Shown here piece after piece: positions 14,859-32,300 of a stretch of 64,000 bases of DNA. Made by a program: the position numbers and the translations under genes. Positions within the stretch are counted from its first letter, which is position 1. Every line of letters starts with the position of its first letter. This DNA comes from the human T2T-CHM13v2.0 reference genome, Homo sapiens: NCBI RefSeq assembly GCF_009914755.1, contig NC_060926.1; one strand, 5' to 3'. The notes beneath the pieces are model-generated. The model saw nothing but the letters and a program-made list of their open reading frames with translations. It had not been told where the DNA came from and ran no database searches.

Positions 14859-15973
14859 TTTTTCTCTTGGGCCAGATTTCTTTTCTGGGTAAATAGCCAT
14901 GCTCCTGTCAGCCACAGGGGACTTTCTGAATCCTGAACAGCTGATTTTGTATTCCTGCCCCATTCCCTTATTTGAGAACAGCAATCTGATCAAACCCATA
15001 TTTTTAAATTTATGCATTTATAGGCATATGGAAGAATAGTTTACAGTCTCAGTACAATTTTTTTTTTCCACCACAAATGGAAGAAAAGTGTGTTCTTAAA
15101 AAACAGTGCTTTATCAGTTTCTTTTTTTTTTTTCTTTATTACTGATGACTTCATTCTACTTGAATTCAAGGCTTCAGTTTCTTTGGGGTAAACTAATAGA
15201 TTATGTATGCGATGTTTGCACCATGTTGATTGAACTCATCTGGTGAGTTTGAACGCAGCTCATGAATTTCCGTAATCGACAGAAGCCTGTGCGTTGGATA
15301 CAGACACCATGGTCATCTCGTATTACTCAAGAGCTAGGGAAGCTGTTGAAAATAGACTGTGCTGCTTTTCCTGCCTGCCCATGGTTCAGAAAAGCTTATC
15401 AAGACTTTTAATTTGTTCTTACTATCTTTTTCAAGTGCTCAAAGAAAACTTTTTTTAAGTATAGTAAAGAAAGAGAATTAGAACTATTATGAGAGTTTCA
15501 ACATACATATTGAAAAAAAAAAAAAAAGAAAGAAAGGTACGTGATTCCCAAGGGTTTGTCTTTTCTGAACCAAAGGCATCAGCTGCTGAGTGTCTGTCGA
15601 GCACCCAGGAAGCCCAGAACCCTGTGCGAACTGTCAGGGAGCAGCCACAAGACAGAGGTACATCATCCAGTTTGCAATTAACTTACCATCTAGTTTGAGA
15701 AGAATGCTTTTCCTCCAAAAGGTGTTTACTCACCATTTTTTTTTTTTTTTTTTTTGTAATTTACAAACACAGTTGTAAAATATTTTTTAAAAATAGATGA
15801 CCTCTTTCTGTTGCTTTTAGGTACCTCATATTATCAGATATCTCATTTAAACTTGGAACCCAACTGTAATATTTGGGGTTCTTTTTGACATGCAAAGCTC
15901 TTCACGCTGGGGCTCTACCTACCTTTCCAAGCCTCACTTGTCCCTCTTCTCTTTGATCCTCCTATATTTCTTT

Positions 15974-16046
15974 AAAATACTCACACAAGAGAGAAGATAC
16001 AGCATGTTTTACACTTAGTTCATGACTTTCTGGACTTTTTTCCTGT
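15974..16046 (+). repeat. Local duplication copy B (partner 14782-14858)
   Basis: Shares the 20-bp exact core gagaagatacagcatgtttt. Confidence 0.85.
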
Positions 16047-16202
16047 GTTTATTCCCCAAATGCTACAGTAGTGATCCTCACATACCCGTGAAACATAAGT
16101 GTCATGATTGATAAGATGTTATCAATTGAGTTAAAGTACCAAAATTTGTAAGTGATATGCTTCTGTCATTATTAGAGTAAATTCAAAATACCCCCAAACT
16201 AT

Positions 16203-16838
<636 letters not shown>

Positions 16839-16979
16839 TTAAAGTCACCAGAACTCACTTTTATTCGAATTTGCTTTGTAAATGAGAGTGGAAAGGGAAC
16901 ATACACCATACACCTGGTATGTGTGTAAGGCAGGACAAAAGAAGTTGAGGACCAGTGCTTAACCAAAGTGATCGACTTG

Positions 16980-17380
16980 CATGTCTCTAAAGCAAGATGC
17001 TTTCTCATTGCTTTACTTTGCACTCACTGCCCTTCCCTCTACCTGGAATATCCTCCTCTCACTTGTCTAGCTGTTGAGCACCTTTGTATCCTTCAGGGCT
17101 CAGCTGAAGTGTCACCTCCTCCATGGAGCCTTCTGTGATTTTCTTCAATGGCCCTGCTCTCACCTTGTCAAAGTTTAAGCACTCTGCGTTCCCATGACCC
17201 CATGCAAATCTCTGTAAGAGCACAAGTCATAATGGACTGTAGTCTTATGTATCCCTCTCTGTCCCCTACCTCCCAGACTATTTGTTTTTGCAGGTAAGGA
17301 CTGTGAAGTGTTCCTTTTTCCATTACCAGATTTTAACGTCTGGTGCAATGGGGCACTCAGTTATGCCTCAAATGAACCAG
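16980..17380 (+). mobile_element. L2 3' fragment
   Basis: ccttcagggctcagctgaagtgtcacctcctccatggagccttc is L2-like; probably continues the L2-like piece at about 15890-15960. Confidence 0.6.
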
Positions 17381-18215
17381 ATAAGTAGAATGGCTGTTCA
17401 GATCTGCCTGTCATTCTTTTGCTCCCTAGCCCTGTATAATATCATGTGATACTGGTTCCACTAAAATAACTACAATAACCTAATCTAAGCTACAAGGGAG
17501 GTGCTAGCTGAGCAGTTTGGGGTTGGGCAGATGAGTTACTGGAAAAGCTATAATTCATAAGAGGAAATACTGGCTAAAGTACAGAGAGAAGAACTTGGAT
17601 TAGCACGTTCTACTCTACACCAGCTTCCCCCACCTTAAAAAAAAAAAAAAACTTTCTTACTGTTTTGTTTTGTTTTTTTACTGTCACCTTTTTTACACGT
17701 GTCCTAACTGTACCCATATATTGACATGTATCCCATCCCCAACCCCCACTCCCAAAGTTCATGAGCCTCATGGAAATGAATGCTAACATATTCCAGCCCT
17801 GTCTCATATCCAGCCTTCAGGTCAAACAACTGGAGCTTTGTCCCAAATTAGCAATACTTATTGAGAAAATGAGATATCCATATTAAAATGTGACAAAACT
17901 CTGTGTGTGTGATTATAAGAAAAAAGTGGTGGGCCTTTTAATTGCTCTAAAAGGTAAAGACTCTATCTTACCTTCTCATTCAAAAGGCATTTATTCATCC
18001 CAAGTCAGACATTTGACCCTTGGAACTAAAGGTAGGCACGTAAAGACCACTTTTTGTTCATATTTATGACTGATTTCACCATTTTCCTGGCATATTTGAA
18101 TTACATTATTGAATCTTCCAAATTTAGATGTCAACTCCTTTAACAAGAAGATCCAAAAGTGATTTCAAAGATGATGTACACTGTGTGAATCTGATTATTT
18201 GTCTATATCCTGTAG

Positions 18216-18351
18216 TGGCCGTCCTACGGGTGGAAGCACTGACCGTATCCAGAAGTTGCGGAAAGAGTATTATCAGGCTCGGAGGGAAGGTTTCCCTTTA
18301 TATGAAGACGACGAAGGAAGAGCAAGGCCATCCGAGTATGACCTACTCTGG
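18216..18351 (+). CDS. PARD3B: Internal coding exon of Par-3 family cell polarity regulator beta (C-terminal region)
   Basis: Acceptor tatatcctgtAG at 18214-15 and donor GTaagc at 18352; candidate branch point ctgAt near 18194. 136 bp: one base completing a split codon, then 45 open codons (GRPTGGSTDRIQKLRKEYYQARREGFPLYEDDEGRARPSEYDLLW) matching my recollection of PARD3B. Locally CpG-rich relative to the flanks. No other exon of the gene recognised in the window. Confidence 0.93.
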
Positions 18352-19307
18352 GTAAGCGCATGCATGATTTCAATCGTTGAATTCATCTTTTCTAAGAATG
18401 TTTAGAGCAGAAGAACACGGTCAAGAATGTTCTGTACATACCAGATTCTATTTAGGTTTCTTGGGCTTCATAGACAGGAACATTACCCAAACCACAGGCA
18501 TATTCTCCCACAGAAGCTGTTTATGGAAATCAAACGCCGTGAACGTGCAGTAGTTCATTCTGATTGCTCTCATACTTCCTGTTATATGCCAACTGGTTTG
18601 GGGGAAGCAGAAGTTAGCTACTTTAAAGAGGGCAAGGGATCTTTGTCACCATCCACTGAGCTTTGATTCTTGCAACACAAGCCATCTCTCCTTTGGAAAA
18701 TGGTGATTAGAAGTAAATTTCAAAAGGGTTATTGTCAGAGATGTCAGTTGTTTGTTTATTGGATCTGAGCACTTCACATTCTGCTGATCTTACCGGCATA
18801 CTAGGATGGATTTGTTTTGAGATAAGGGCAGTTTTTGTATTAGAGGATTCTTTTTGCTCAATCCTTTGACATTCAGGGAACAGAAAAGAATACAGTGACC
18901 ACTGAAGAAAAACTCATTGGGTTTTTTCAGAGTGGCACGATTCACTCTCTTGTTTTCAAGAAGCAAGTCTGTGCCTACAAGATGTACTTAACTCTTCAGC
19001 ATCTACAAAAATGCCCAGGAAGAGGATGCTTAGAATTGCATGAAATGTGCATGCACATCAGATACATAGAACAGTGGCTGACATAGAGCTGGTGCTCAGT
19101 AATTGTTAGTTCTTGTTACTGGCATTATTATCAGAGCAGAGCTGAACATGGTAATAGCAGTGTCCTTGCTGGGGTTCAGTTCTCACTCACCCTCTAATGA
19201 TTTCTGCCTTCTACTGCGCCTTTTAGAGCTGCTCTGAGAACCAGGTAGGGGACTCTGTTATCCCCGGTGCCCATGAAAGACACCGGCTCCTTTGAAAGGC
19301 AGATCTG

Positions 19308-19332
19308 TTAAGGCAGGTTTCCTTTCCTGAGT
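19308..19332 (+). repeat. 25-bp exact duplication copy A (partner 20463-20487)
   Basis: ttaaggcaggtttcctttcctgagt. Confidence 0.85.
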
Positions 19333-20462
19333 TTCACACTCAGGTTTATGCTCATAAGGTCAGAGTGGGGAGAATAGAGTCTGGCGACTGAGCTGATTCC
19401 CTCTAGTTCTTACATCTGTGTGGGGGGCCTGTCATGCGTTCATCTCTACACTGGGGTGTGAAAATCAGTTTCACGATCCACCACTGTTGGGCAGAGCAAC
19501 CGAAACTGCTGAGCCCAGAAGATTGCACCTGTATAATGGAGTTCCAAAACACTAATCAGAAGTGCACAGTGCAGATGGGCGATCTCAAGGCCAAGTGGCT
19601 TCAGCCTCTTTGGAGAGAGGCAGCCTGAGACTATGGATCGGAACAAACAGCTATTTATTGGTTTTATTATAGATGTTAGGATTAAACAGAATGACACCTA
19701 GAGTGATGGGAAAACTTGTCTCTTAGCTTCTCTGTAGCAGAAGAGAAAGATTTCCACAGAATAACAGATTAGATAACAATTCACTCAGTTTCAAACTTGA
19801 TCGAGATCGATTTACTGCCTCTGACAAGAGATGTGAGCTACTTGTTAGGTAAGGCTCAGCTCCCTCGATAAGCCAAACAAGCAATAAAATAAAGGAAAGT
19901 CATTTCCACTGTACCCAAAACAGAACACCGTGTCCAGCGCATTGAAAAGTGCTCTATCTCAAAACCACTATGAATTCCTATGAGCAAAATAAGACAAATA
20001 ATTTTAGACAAAGTAGTCCTGGTTGTTTTGACCTTATTTTATATGATTTCCTTACATCAAGCTGAAAGGATGAAGGTGCTTAACTTTCAAGAGACTTGAA
20101 GTTTCCTCTGACCCTCACCAAACCTGAGCTAGATAACTATACCCTTGGGTGCTCCCTTTTTTAATGATTCTATTTTTATGCCAAGTAAACGTGTAACCAG
20201 ACCATCTAGTGAGTAAAGAAGTATCTCTAGTTTAATTTGTGTTTCCCATGCTCCGGTGTGTTGAGCTCTGCCAAAAGTGACTGATTTTATGTTTCCCAGA
20301 CAATCGGGGTCTGAGGCTTCCCAAAGGGATGCTTGGGAAATGCACTGCCGTAAAACACGAGTGTTCTTTGTGACTGCCTGAGATACTCCAAGCCAGGGAT
20401 TAGAATCTCAGCATCCTTTCCTCTCCTCTCCCCACGCCAAGGAAAAACACTAGTGTTTTGTA

Positions 20463-20487
20463 TTAAGGCAGGTTTCCTTTCCTGAGT
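20463..20487 (+). repeat. 25-bp exact duplication copy B (partner 19308-19332)
   Basis: ttaaggcaggtttcctttcctgagt. Confidence 0.85.
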
Positions 20488-20814
20488 GTCTTTTGTTCAG
20501 CGTAGGCCTGAGAAATTACACTGTTGTCTTGCCACTTTTGGAGAGATCTAGGAAAGCAAGTTAAGAAAGTTAACATTTCATTCCTGTCAAGCGGCCAGAC
20601 CCAACAAGGCAGCTTTTATGAGACTGTGGTTCCTAGAAAGGCAGGTCTTTAGCATCATCACCAGGGCACTAGCTAAAATCAGATCACAGTCGCGTGAAAG
20701 GGAAGAATGGGCCCAGGAGAGACCCTCAAGGGATGCGCCACGTGGTCATCAAGGATTCTGATCCACAATTCTGAAAATAGGACATTGACTTCAATCCCTT
20801 GAGTAAACACGAAA

Positions 20815-20962
20815 GCGGTCCAACTTCTCTAGCAAAACCACTGTGGACCAGCATCATCAGAAATATTGTTATGAACTTAGAACTCCCCCAAGTCCAGAGT
20901 CTCTGGTTGAAAGGCCCGATGAGTGTTTTCTGGAGTCATTCTATACTGGGGAACTTCTGAAC
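20815..20962. mobile_element. Possible MER5-like DNA transposon remnant
   Basis: gtggaccagcatcatcag...cagagtctctgg motifs; highly diverged. Confidence 0.35.
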
Positions 20963-21295
20963 TATCGAGAAGGAAATTACAAAGATAAGTTACCTAACAA
21001 CTACTCGTAAACCCATTTCAAAATAGGCTAGCAAGAATGAAAGTATGCTCACTGAAGTCTTCAAAGCCAAAATAATGAGAATAATCACTTGAAAGTTTAT
21101 TAGGGTCTATGAATATTTTAAAATATATATATAAATATATATGACTAATACTTTTTCTTTGGCTGGCCCTGGACTTTCTAGATCTTCTCAGACCAACTTG
21201 TATGTAGTTCTCTACCACTATTGCACCTGCCCAGTGGCCTGAAGTCTAAGCTTTCTCTTACTCCTCCCTAGGGTTCTCACTTGGTTTCATGCCTG

Positions 21296-21418
21296 TCTTC
21301 TCTCCCCTCTCCCTTATCCCCTCCCCTCTCCCCTCTCCCCTCTCCCCTCTCTCTTCTCTCTTCCCTCTTCCCTCTTCCCCTCTCCCCTTTTTCCTCCCTT
21401 CTCCTCTCCCCTGACTCC
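21296..21418 (+). repeat. Polypyrimidine (CCCCTCT)-like low-complexity tract
   Basis: About 120 bp almost entirely C/T. Confidence 0.9.
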
Positions 21419-21429
21419 TATTACATTTT

Positions 21430-23730
<2,301 letters not shown>

Positions 23731-24377
23731 AAAATAAATGAATACACACACACTGTAAGGTTTGTAAATATGGACTTGAGACCTTAAAATCTTTTCAGCT
23801 GTTCTGTTGTGTAACTGTTTTCCCGTCTTAGCTCTGAAAAGCTGTAAAGAACAAGTTGAAAGAACTTCAGTGGCTGCAAGTAAAACAGTCTGGTGAGTTT
23901 TTATAGGCCCAATTAAGTAAGCAAGATATACTAGCTGTGAAGTGTTAATATTTGCCAGAGGAAAACATAATACCTGTTATCTGCTGGTATTTTATTTTTT
24001 GTAAAACTTAAGATAGTCCTCTGACAACGGGCTGCTTTTTTCTTAGCAGATAAAGCTGATCTGCTTATTTAACAGCAGCATGAATATCCTGTAAATAATT
24101 TTAGCAATGAGATGCCTCTGAAGTTTTCTAAAAATATTAGTGCCTTTATTATTGTCTTTTTCAAGAGCTGAATAGCAGTATCATTATCCCCCCACCCAAC
24201 CTTTTTAAAAAAAAATTCTTTGGCTAAATTAGAAGAAAGTTTATTTATAAAAGAGGTTTGTAGACACATGGTTGGGAAGGGAGTACATTTGTTTATATAT
24301 GGAAAAAAAAGTGGGAGTTAAAACATCTTAAACTAGCATGATATACCTGTTACCACTGTCATTAAAAACATGGTGCT

Positions 24378-24905
<528 letters not shown>

Positions 24906-25109
24906 CTAACCATCTTAAGGAAAGGATTTAAGATGGAATGTGCAATAGCCAAAGAAGTATAAAAGCCATCAGAAGGTTTTTCATAAACACCAGGAGAAAA
25001 GAGGACAAGTGCCATCAATGGTCCAATACCAGAGTGGAGATTTCTATGTATTTTCCTTGTCTGCTCCTTAAAAGCATCTGATAAAAACTAAGTACATTGA
25101 TGAACAATT

Positions 25110-26000
<891 letters not shown>

Positions 26001-26340
26001 TACAAACTGTCTACGACAACTTCGAGTTCTAATAATGATATAAACTTTCTTCATCTTCTTAGATTTCCAGGGAAAGAGAAAGAAAAGCCTTCCCTTTGTG
26101 TATTCTCCTGTTTATCGTTAGAAAGAATAGATCTATTATCAAACTTAAATTTGCTGCCATTATTTGTTATGTAAAAGGAGAAAGAAAATTCACTTTGTCT
26201 ATTGGTTCAGCATCTTTGAACTATCCCAGGAACCCAGATGATGTCACTGAATTATTCATGAGAAATTATCAGACCTCTGGAATTTATTTATATAGGCAAA
26301 TGACATTTTAGTTCACCTCGGACCTAGCAATTCACCCCAG

Positions 26341-26426
26341 AACGATCTGAGTACAGATTGTCTCAGCAATACTCTGGGGACAAATCTGATCCATAAAGGT
26401 TGTAGGGATAGTGAAAGAGGAGGGAA
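26341..26426 (+). repeat. Templated insertion copied from 27877-27956, flanked by a 13-bp direct repeat
   Basis: caattcaccccag at 26328-26340 and 26427-26439; 26350-26428 matches 27877-27956 with 2 substitutions and 1 indel. Confidence 0.9.
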
Positions 26427-26611
26427 CAATTCACCCCAGGAGAAGCAGTAGAATTATTTGAAAGGACTAAAGTTGCTCTCTTTCTTTACATAGAGTTGCT
26501 CTGTTTATATCTTCATGGATTATTGTCTTGTGACAAGCACATAGTCTGTTCTTAAAACCTTTAGAAGGTGAGATGGGGTAAAGAATTAGAGCCATTAAAT
26601 GTTTGTATCCA

Positions 26612-26913
26612 GGCCAGGAGGGGTGGCCCATGCTTGTAATTTCAGCACTTTGGGAGGCCGAGATGAGAGGATCACTTGAGCCCAAGAGTTGGAGACCAGC
26701 CTGGGCAACATAGTCAAACCTTTCTCTATGAAAAATACCAAAATTATGGGGGTGTGGTGGCATGCATCTGTGGTCCCAGCTACATGAGAGGCTGAGACAG
26801 GAGGACTGCTTGAGTCCAGGAGGTCAAGGCTGCAGACAGCCATAATCATGCCACTGCATTCCAGCTCGGGCAACAGAGCAAGACCCTTTCTCCAAGAAAA
26901 AAAAAAAAAAAAA
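26612..26913 (+). mobile_element. AluJ
   Basis: ggatcacttgagcccaagagtt and gaggtcaaggctgcag J-type motifs; poly-A tail. Confidence 0.93.
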
Positions 26914-28379
26914 GTATGTGTCCATAGACTCCTGCAGTTGGGCTGCTGCCACACGATGGGCAATCCCTTCTCAGTTGATGAACCTTCTTGAGCTCTATCC
27001 CAATGGTTCCCTCCCAGTGGCTGACTTTATCAACACATCTTTTGATTTCCAAAAACAGTGGAACTGAGGATTGGAAGCAATACCAAGGCAGAGAAAAAAA
27101 GAGAGAAAAAACCATGTCTATACATTGCGTGGGTTTTAGAAAGGCCTGAAGTTTTATTGAACTTGATACTGGTGAAACATCAATGCCACTGGAAGAGTTG
27201 AGATTTTGCTCACTTAGATTTCAGCAAGTAGTAAAACAAAAAGAAAAAAAATTGAGAAAAGAAGAGGACAAAATAAACTGAATTTTTTTTTTTTTTTGGT
27301 TAGTGGCTTTGGCCCTTTTATATTTCAGTGTGTCTTTCACAGGAATTTGTTGACATATAAGCTATATGGGAGAAGATCTGGACTATACAACATGTGAGTG
27401 AATTTCTAGCCTTTAAATATAGCATAAATCATTTTTGAAAGGAAGCAACATGTTTACAGGCAGTCCCCAACATAGAAATAAACTGTTCCAGAAGTCCATT
27501 TAGAAGCTGGCAATTTAGAACTAGGAATTGATTTTTCCCATAGGGAAAAAATATATATATATTGTTTGTTAGGATCCCAAACCAGCCTACAAAAACCCAC
27601 TAAAATCCAGTAACCTTGTACTAATCACAGAACAATAACCTTGAAGCAGAAACAGGGAGCTATCTAACCCCCTCCCTTCTTTTCTGGACACATTTTTTTG
27701 GGATACTCTCTGGGCCCTTCCCATCTACCGGTCTTTAAGTCTGTTGCTCCAGATTCCCTGACCATTAATTCCCCTACCTCCGCATCATGGCACCCCACTT
27801 AAGCCCACTCCTCCCCTAAAGCATTCAGGCATTCAGTTACTTCTCTGCCCTGTCCCTCAACAGAGTTACCATTCTCAGTACAGATAGTCTCAGCAATACT
27901 CTGGGGGACAAATCTGATCCATAAAGGTTGTAGGGATAGTGAAGGAGGAGGGAACAGGAGAGGGGCTAATGGAATGTACTCCCAAACAGTAGTGTTAGAG
28001 CTATTCCTGATGCTCTGTTGCTACTACACTAGCCTCTGGATTCTCCAGCGCTTCTGTTTCCACGTATGGAGCCCAAGCTTACACAGAGCTCCCTGTCTGA
28101 CACTGCCTGTGGGCAGTGACCTGATCCCAAGAGTGGATCCGATTTCTCCAGCAAACTGGCCCTTTCTCCAAAGGAAGCCTTTTGTTTCTGGGTCTGCCCT
28201 CTGTGGCCCAAGGGCCAGTCGCTACAACTAACATGGGCCAGGATGCCTCAGCTCTGCTTAAAAATCTGCCCTGATAAGATAGCTCTTCTAAACTACTCCT
28301 GTCCACTCATCCTGTCTTTTGAAACACACAGATGTCCAGAGTTTTAGAACTAGTAATTTAGCAGATATGGGAAGCATTT

Positions 28380-28590
28380 TAGCACAGGAGACTCTGAAGC
28401 TAGGCTGCCTGAGTTCACATCCAGGCTGTACCCATTACTCACTAGGTAAATTTGGGCAATTTATTTTACCTGTCTCCTTTAAAAGTGAGAGAATAGTACT
28501 GTCTCCTTGAAGTACTATGACACACACATGATTACATGTAAAGTACTTAGAATAGTGTCTAAACATGTAGGAAGTGTCAATAAACAAGAA
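28380..28590 (+). mobile_element. MIR
   Basis: gactctgaagctaggctgcctgagttcacatcc...acatgtaaagtacttagaatagtgtct. Confidence 0.7.
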
Positions 28591-29129
28591 TTTTTAAATG
28601 GTACACATATCAAGTTTTGAAATAACACATTCAATTGGCCAGACAACCCTTCTATCTTAGTTATTATTGGAGCTCCTTAGCCTCTTCGGTTATTCCAGAG
28701 CCCTTGGACATTATATAGCACACAAAGCCTTGAGGGTGGCCTTCACATCCTGCTCCCTCTGGTTACCACTGAGATGCCCAGGGTCACTTCAGGTGGTAAC
28801 TGTCAAGCTTGGTCATCAGGCACTTTTAGCAAATTCCATTGGTCCAAAGGTCAATATCTATTTCCCTCTCTCCCACACACATACTTTTCCTTCAAAAGTA
28901 CATTCCTTTCATCCCTGACCCTGGGGGCACACCTAATCTCTTTAATGAGCTTATGCTAAAATCAAAGACCAGAAGAAAGTTGACTTCTAGCAGCTTCTGC
29001 CTGCAGCTCTGCAAAAAACCCTGAAGCAAAGAAATACCAGGGTCCAGTTAAGCGCTTAAAATAGGAGGGTGAGATACAAAGAGAATATATACAAATTATT
29101 TACTCAATAAATTATACTACAACCAGATC

Positions 29130-29315
29130 GTTAATAAAAATGGCATCATTTACTCAGTGCTGACTCTGCCTTATATAAGCTATTCCATATACTAGCTCTG
29201 TGAGGTAGATATCTTTAATCCAGTTTTATAGATGAGAAAACAAAGGTTCCAAGACCTTGCCTCATGGCCACACAATCATTAGCAAAGCTGATTTCCAAAT
29301 CTCTACTGACTCCCG
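29130..29315 (-). mobile_element. MIR
   Basis: ctctgtgaggtagat...cagttttatagatgagaaaac. Confidence 0.65.
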
Positions 29316-32300
29316 GTGAAAAGAGAAAGGAAAGCTCCTATGGCTGGTGTTGAGATACTTCTTAATATAAGATGTTTGAAAGAAAGAAAATGTGTGAATA
29401 TTCATCTATAAGCACTATGAAAACTGTCTTCTATCTTTGTTGAACTACTCTTGAATTATCACTCTTAATTTGTTTTTGAACCCAATAATATTGAACCAAA
29501 ATCAAAGTGTGGTGTTGTTTTATCAGTCCTCTTTCAAAGTCTAAATGAAATCATTCTTTTTATGCTGTAATCAAATAAGTTACCCATCTCTGGCTCAAAC
29601 CCAAACCTAAATAGCAAAGAGCAGAAAAAGGAAGTTCAGGAACACATGATTTTTCCATAGTATGTCAAAAAACCCTATGCTATACTTCCATTAGAGTGAA
29701 AAAAAGAACTCTTTCTGCTTTTAATGAGCAATTAATTCCAGTCCAGGATGTCGAGTTTAGAATAGGTTAACTTCCCCCAAACCACAGCCGTTTGTGTTGG
29801 ATCATGGTTAAAACCCCAAATTCCAACTTCTACAATAATAACATTCTTTTCTTCTACTGCAATGGGAGAAATGACCATTTTATGTAACATAAGAAAACCT
29901 ATAGCAGAAACCCCTATGAATTCCAGATTTCTTAAACTGTTCTCAAAGCTATTTAAAATCAGTTGGGTACATTTTATTTTAGCAGTGCTTAAATGTTCTA
30001 AAATAAACTTTGGGTACTAAATTAAAAAGTGAAGATGTCTGGAGTCGAAGATATGAATATCTATCTAACTGGTATTTATAGCACATGTATCACTTAAATT
30101 TGACAACAATTAAAACTCCACATAAGCCATGTTTGTGTTCAGATCCTGTGGCCTGGGATGTCCCCTCACACAGCTTCCTGACTATAACCAACCAATCAGG
30201 TCACTACAGCGGCCATCTTGTTCTTTCAGTTTAAGGAAATTTTTGACTGAGAGTCGTTCTGAGATTTAACATCATTTGGTTCTTATTAAGTAGTAACTAG
30301 TCTGGTGTTGTGATGGGAAAAAGAAAATTCACAGAAAGCTTACCTCTGAAAGGAAGACAGAAAGCACACTTGAATCAAAGAAAACCCTAAAATGAGAATG
30401 ATCACTACAGTAATATTGGAATTGCCATTCTCCACAAGAAAAATGACCACTTTTGAATACGATTGTAACGACACATACTAACGTCTATGACTTTCCAGCC
30501 CTCCTGTGAATCTCATTAATGTCTTTGTATTTCATTCTGAGCCTTGAAATCACAGTGCTAAATTTTCGGAGTGTTTATGAAAGAGTGCAAAAGTTGATAC
30601 CACTGAATTTTAGCGAGGCTAACAGGAAAACTTCCCATTTACTTTAGTAAATGATCTAAGAAGAAAGAATATAATGTTGCTGTTATAAACCACTGAGAAA
30701 TAGTCTCTTTTCTACTTTCCAGATAAGGCTTCTGTGAAGCAGTGGAGTATTTAGATTTTATCTCCATGAAGCTTCCTTCAAATGATCATTCCGTGTCATC
30801 TCTCACTCACAGACATAGCTCCATTCCCTAAGCAGCAAAGTCAAAGTTGCACATGAGAGAAACGTATTTTCTGCAATTTTCCATTCCTTCGTTGGTTTTT
30901 TTCATTCAGTGAATACTCAGCAATTTATGAATGCCTAGGAAAATGTACATCGAGCCTGACAGTTGTATCATCAACACTTACCTACAAGGAAAGAAAACTT
31001 GTTTGGTGTATGTGTGTATCTTTAAGCCTGTGTGTGTGCATAAAGTTGTGTGATTTGAAGTTTCTCCTTTACAGAAACAGAAGGAAATGTTGTATGAGAA
31101 AGACAATCCCCATCATGACCTGGTGTCTTTTCTTTAATGAACCTTCTGGCCCACTCTATAGTATTAGATACCCCCAAACCATGTGGAGACACCTCCTTTT
31201 TTCTCTTTTGTTTTCCCATGATCACTAATTGGCAGAGCCACAGCTTGTTTCTCAGTAGCAAATTTATTTTAGTTTTAAGTTTTTATATCTATCATCTACT
31301 TTTTTTCCTTCTTTTTTTTTTTTTAGTATGAACCAAGTTTCCTGTTTTCTATGCAATTCCCTTTGCAGTAATTTCCCAGATTTCAATTGCCAGGCGTGCT
31401 TCAGCAGCAATGTACAATATGTGTATGTGGTTATAAGGGAATCAGAGACTCTCATTTCAGAGGAGGAAATCGTGCTCTCACAATTAATGTGAATGATAGC
31501 AGGAAGCAATCTTTAAAGTAGTACTTGAATTGATGATCAGAAAAAAACAAAACAGAACAAATCGCTATGGGCTTTAGGAGGTTGTGGCTTTCGTGTGGTT
31601 CCAGAACTATGTTGCCTTTTCCCAATTTAAGAAAATGGATAGCTTTCTCCTTTCTATGTATGGATATATATATATAAGGTTAAAAAATCTAATCCCTAAA
31701 TACATGATGATGCGGGGAACAGATGACAGGCAAACAGGAAAGAACTGACATTTTTTATCAAGCATTCAAATTTTCCCCTTTGTTGGTTCATAAGAAAATT
31801 TGAGTACCTTCCCATTTAGAAACTTAAGAGTTTCCTAGCTTTCTTAAAGATTTTATCTGCAAAATAAGAAGAAAACCTGTTAATATCCTATCATCAATTA
31901 AGGAAAAGAATAGTCATTTTCACGTATGTTCTGTCACTTTGGCCCCAGGATTGGAGAACAGAATTTCAAAATGTGTGGTTCCTTAGTCATGCATTCATTT
32001 ATTAATTAATGTGGTAGACCTTTACTCAGTGGCAACCTTTTGCCAGACATTTACTTGACTCTGAGGAATCGAAAGTGAATAAGGGGTTCATGTCTGCTGG
32101 GAAAGGCAGACAGGAAACATAATTTCAAATATAATGAGATATTTAGGAGTAGTTATGCAGGAATAAATTGATAAGCGAATGCATAGGAAAGAGAGACTAA
32201 CCAAGAATTAACGAGATAGATTTGCTTTTATCCCTGTGAAGTTTTCCCTTGTGTGTTCAGTCTTCCCTTTTGTCTGCATTTAGGGCTGTCTGTCCGCCTC

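Noticed and set aside
18199-18405. ORF-track boundaries for the PARD3B peptide
   Set aside because: The true coding part is limited by the splice sites to 18216-18351; the flanking residues are intronic read-through.
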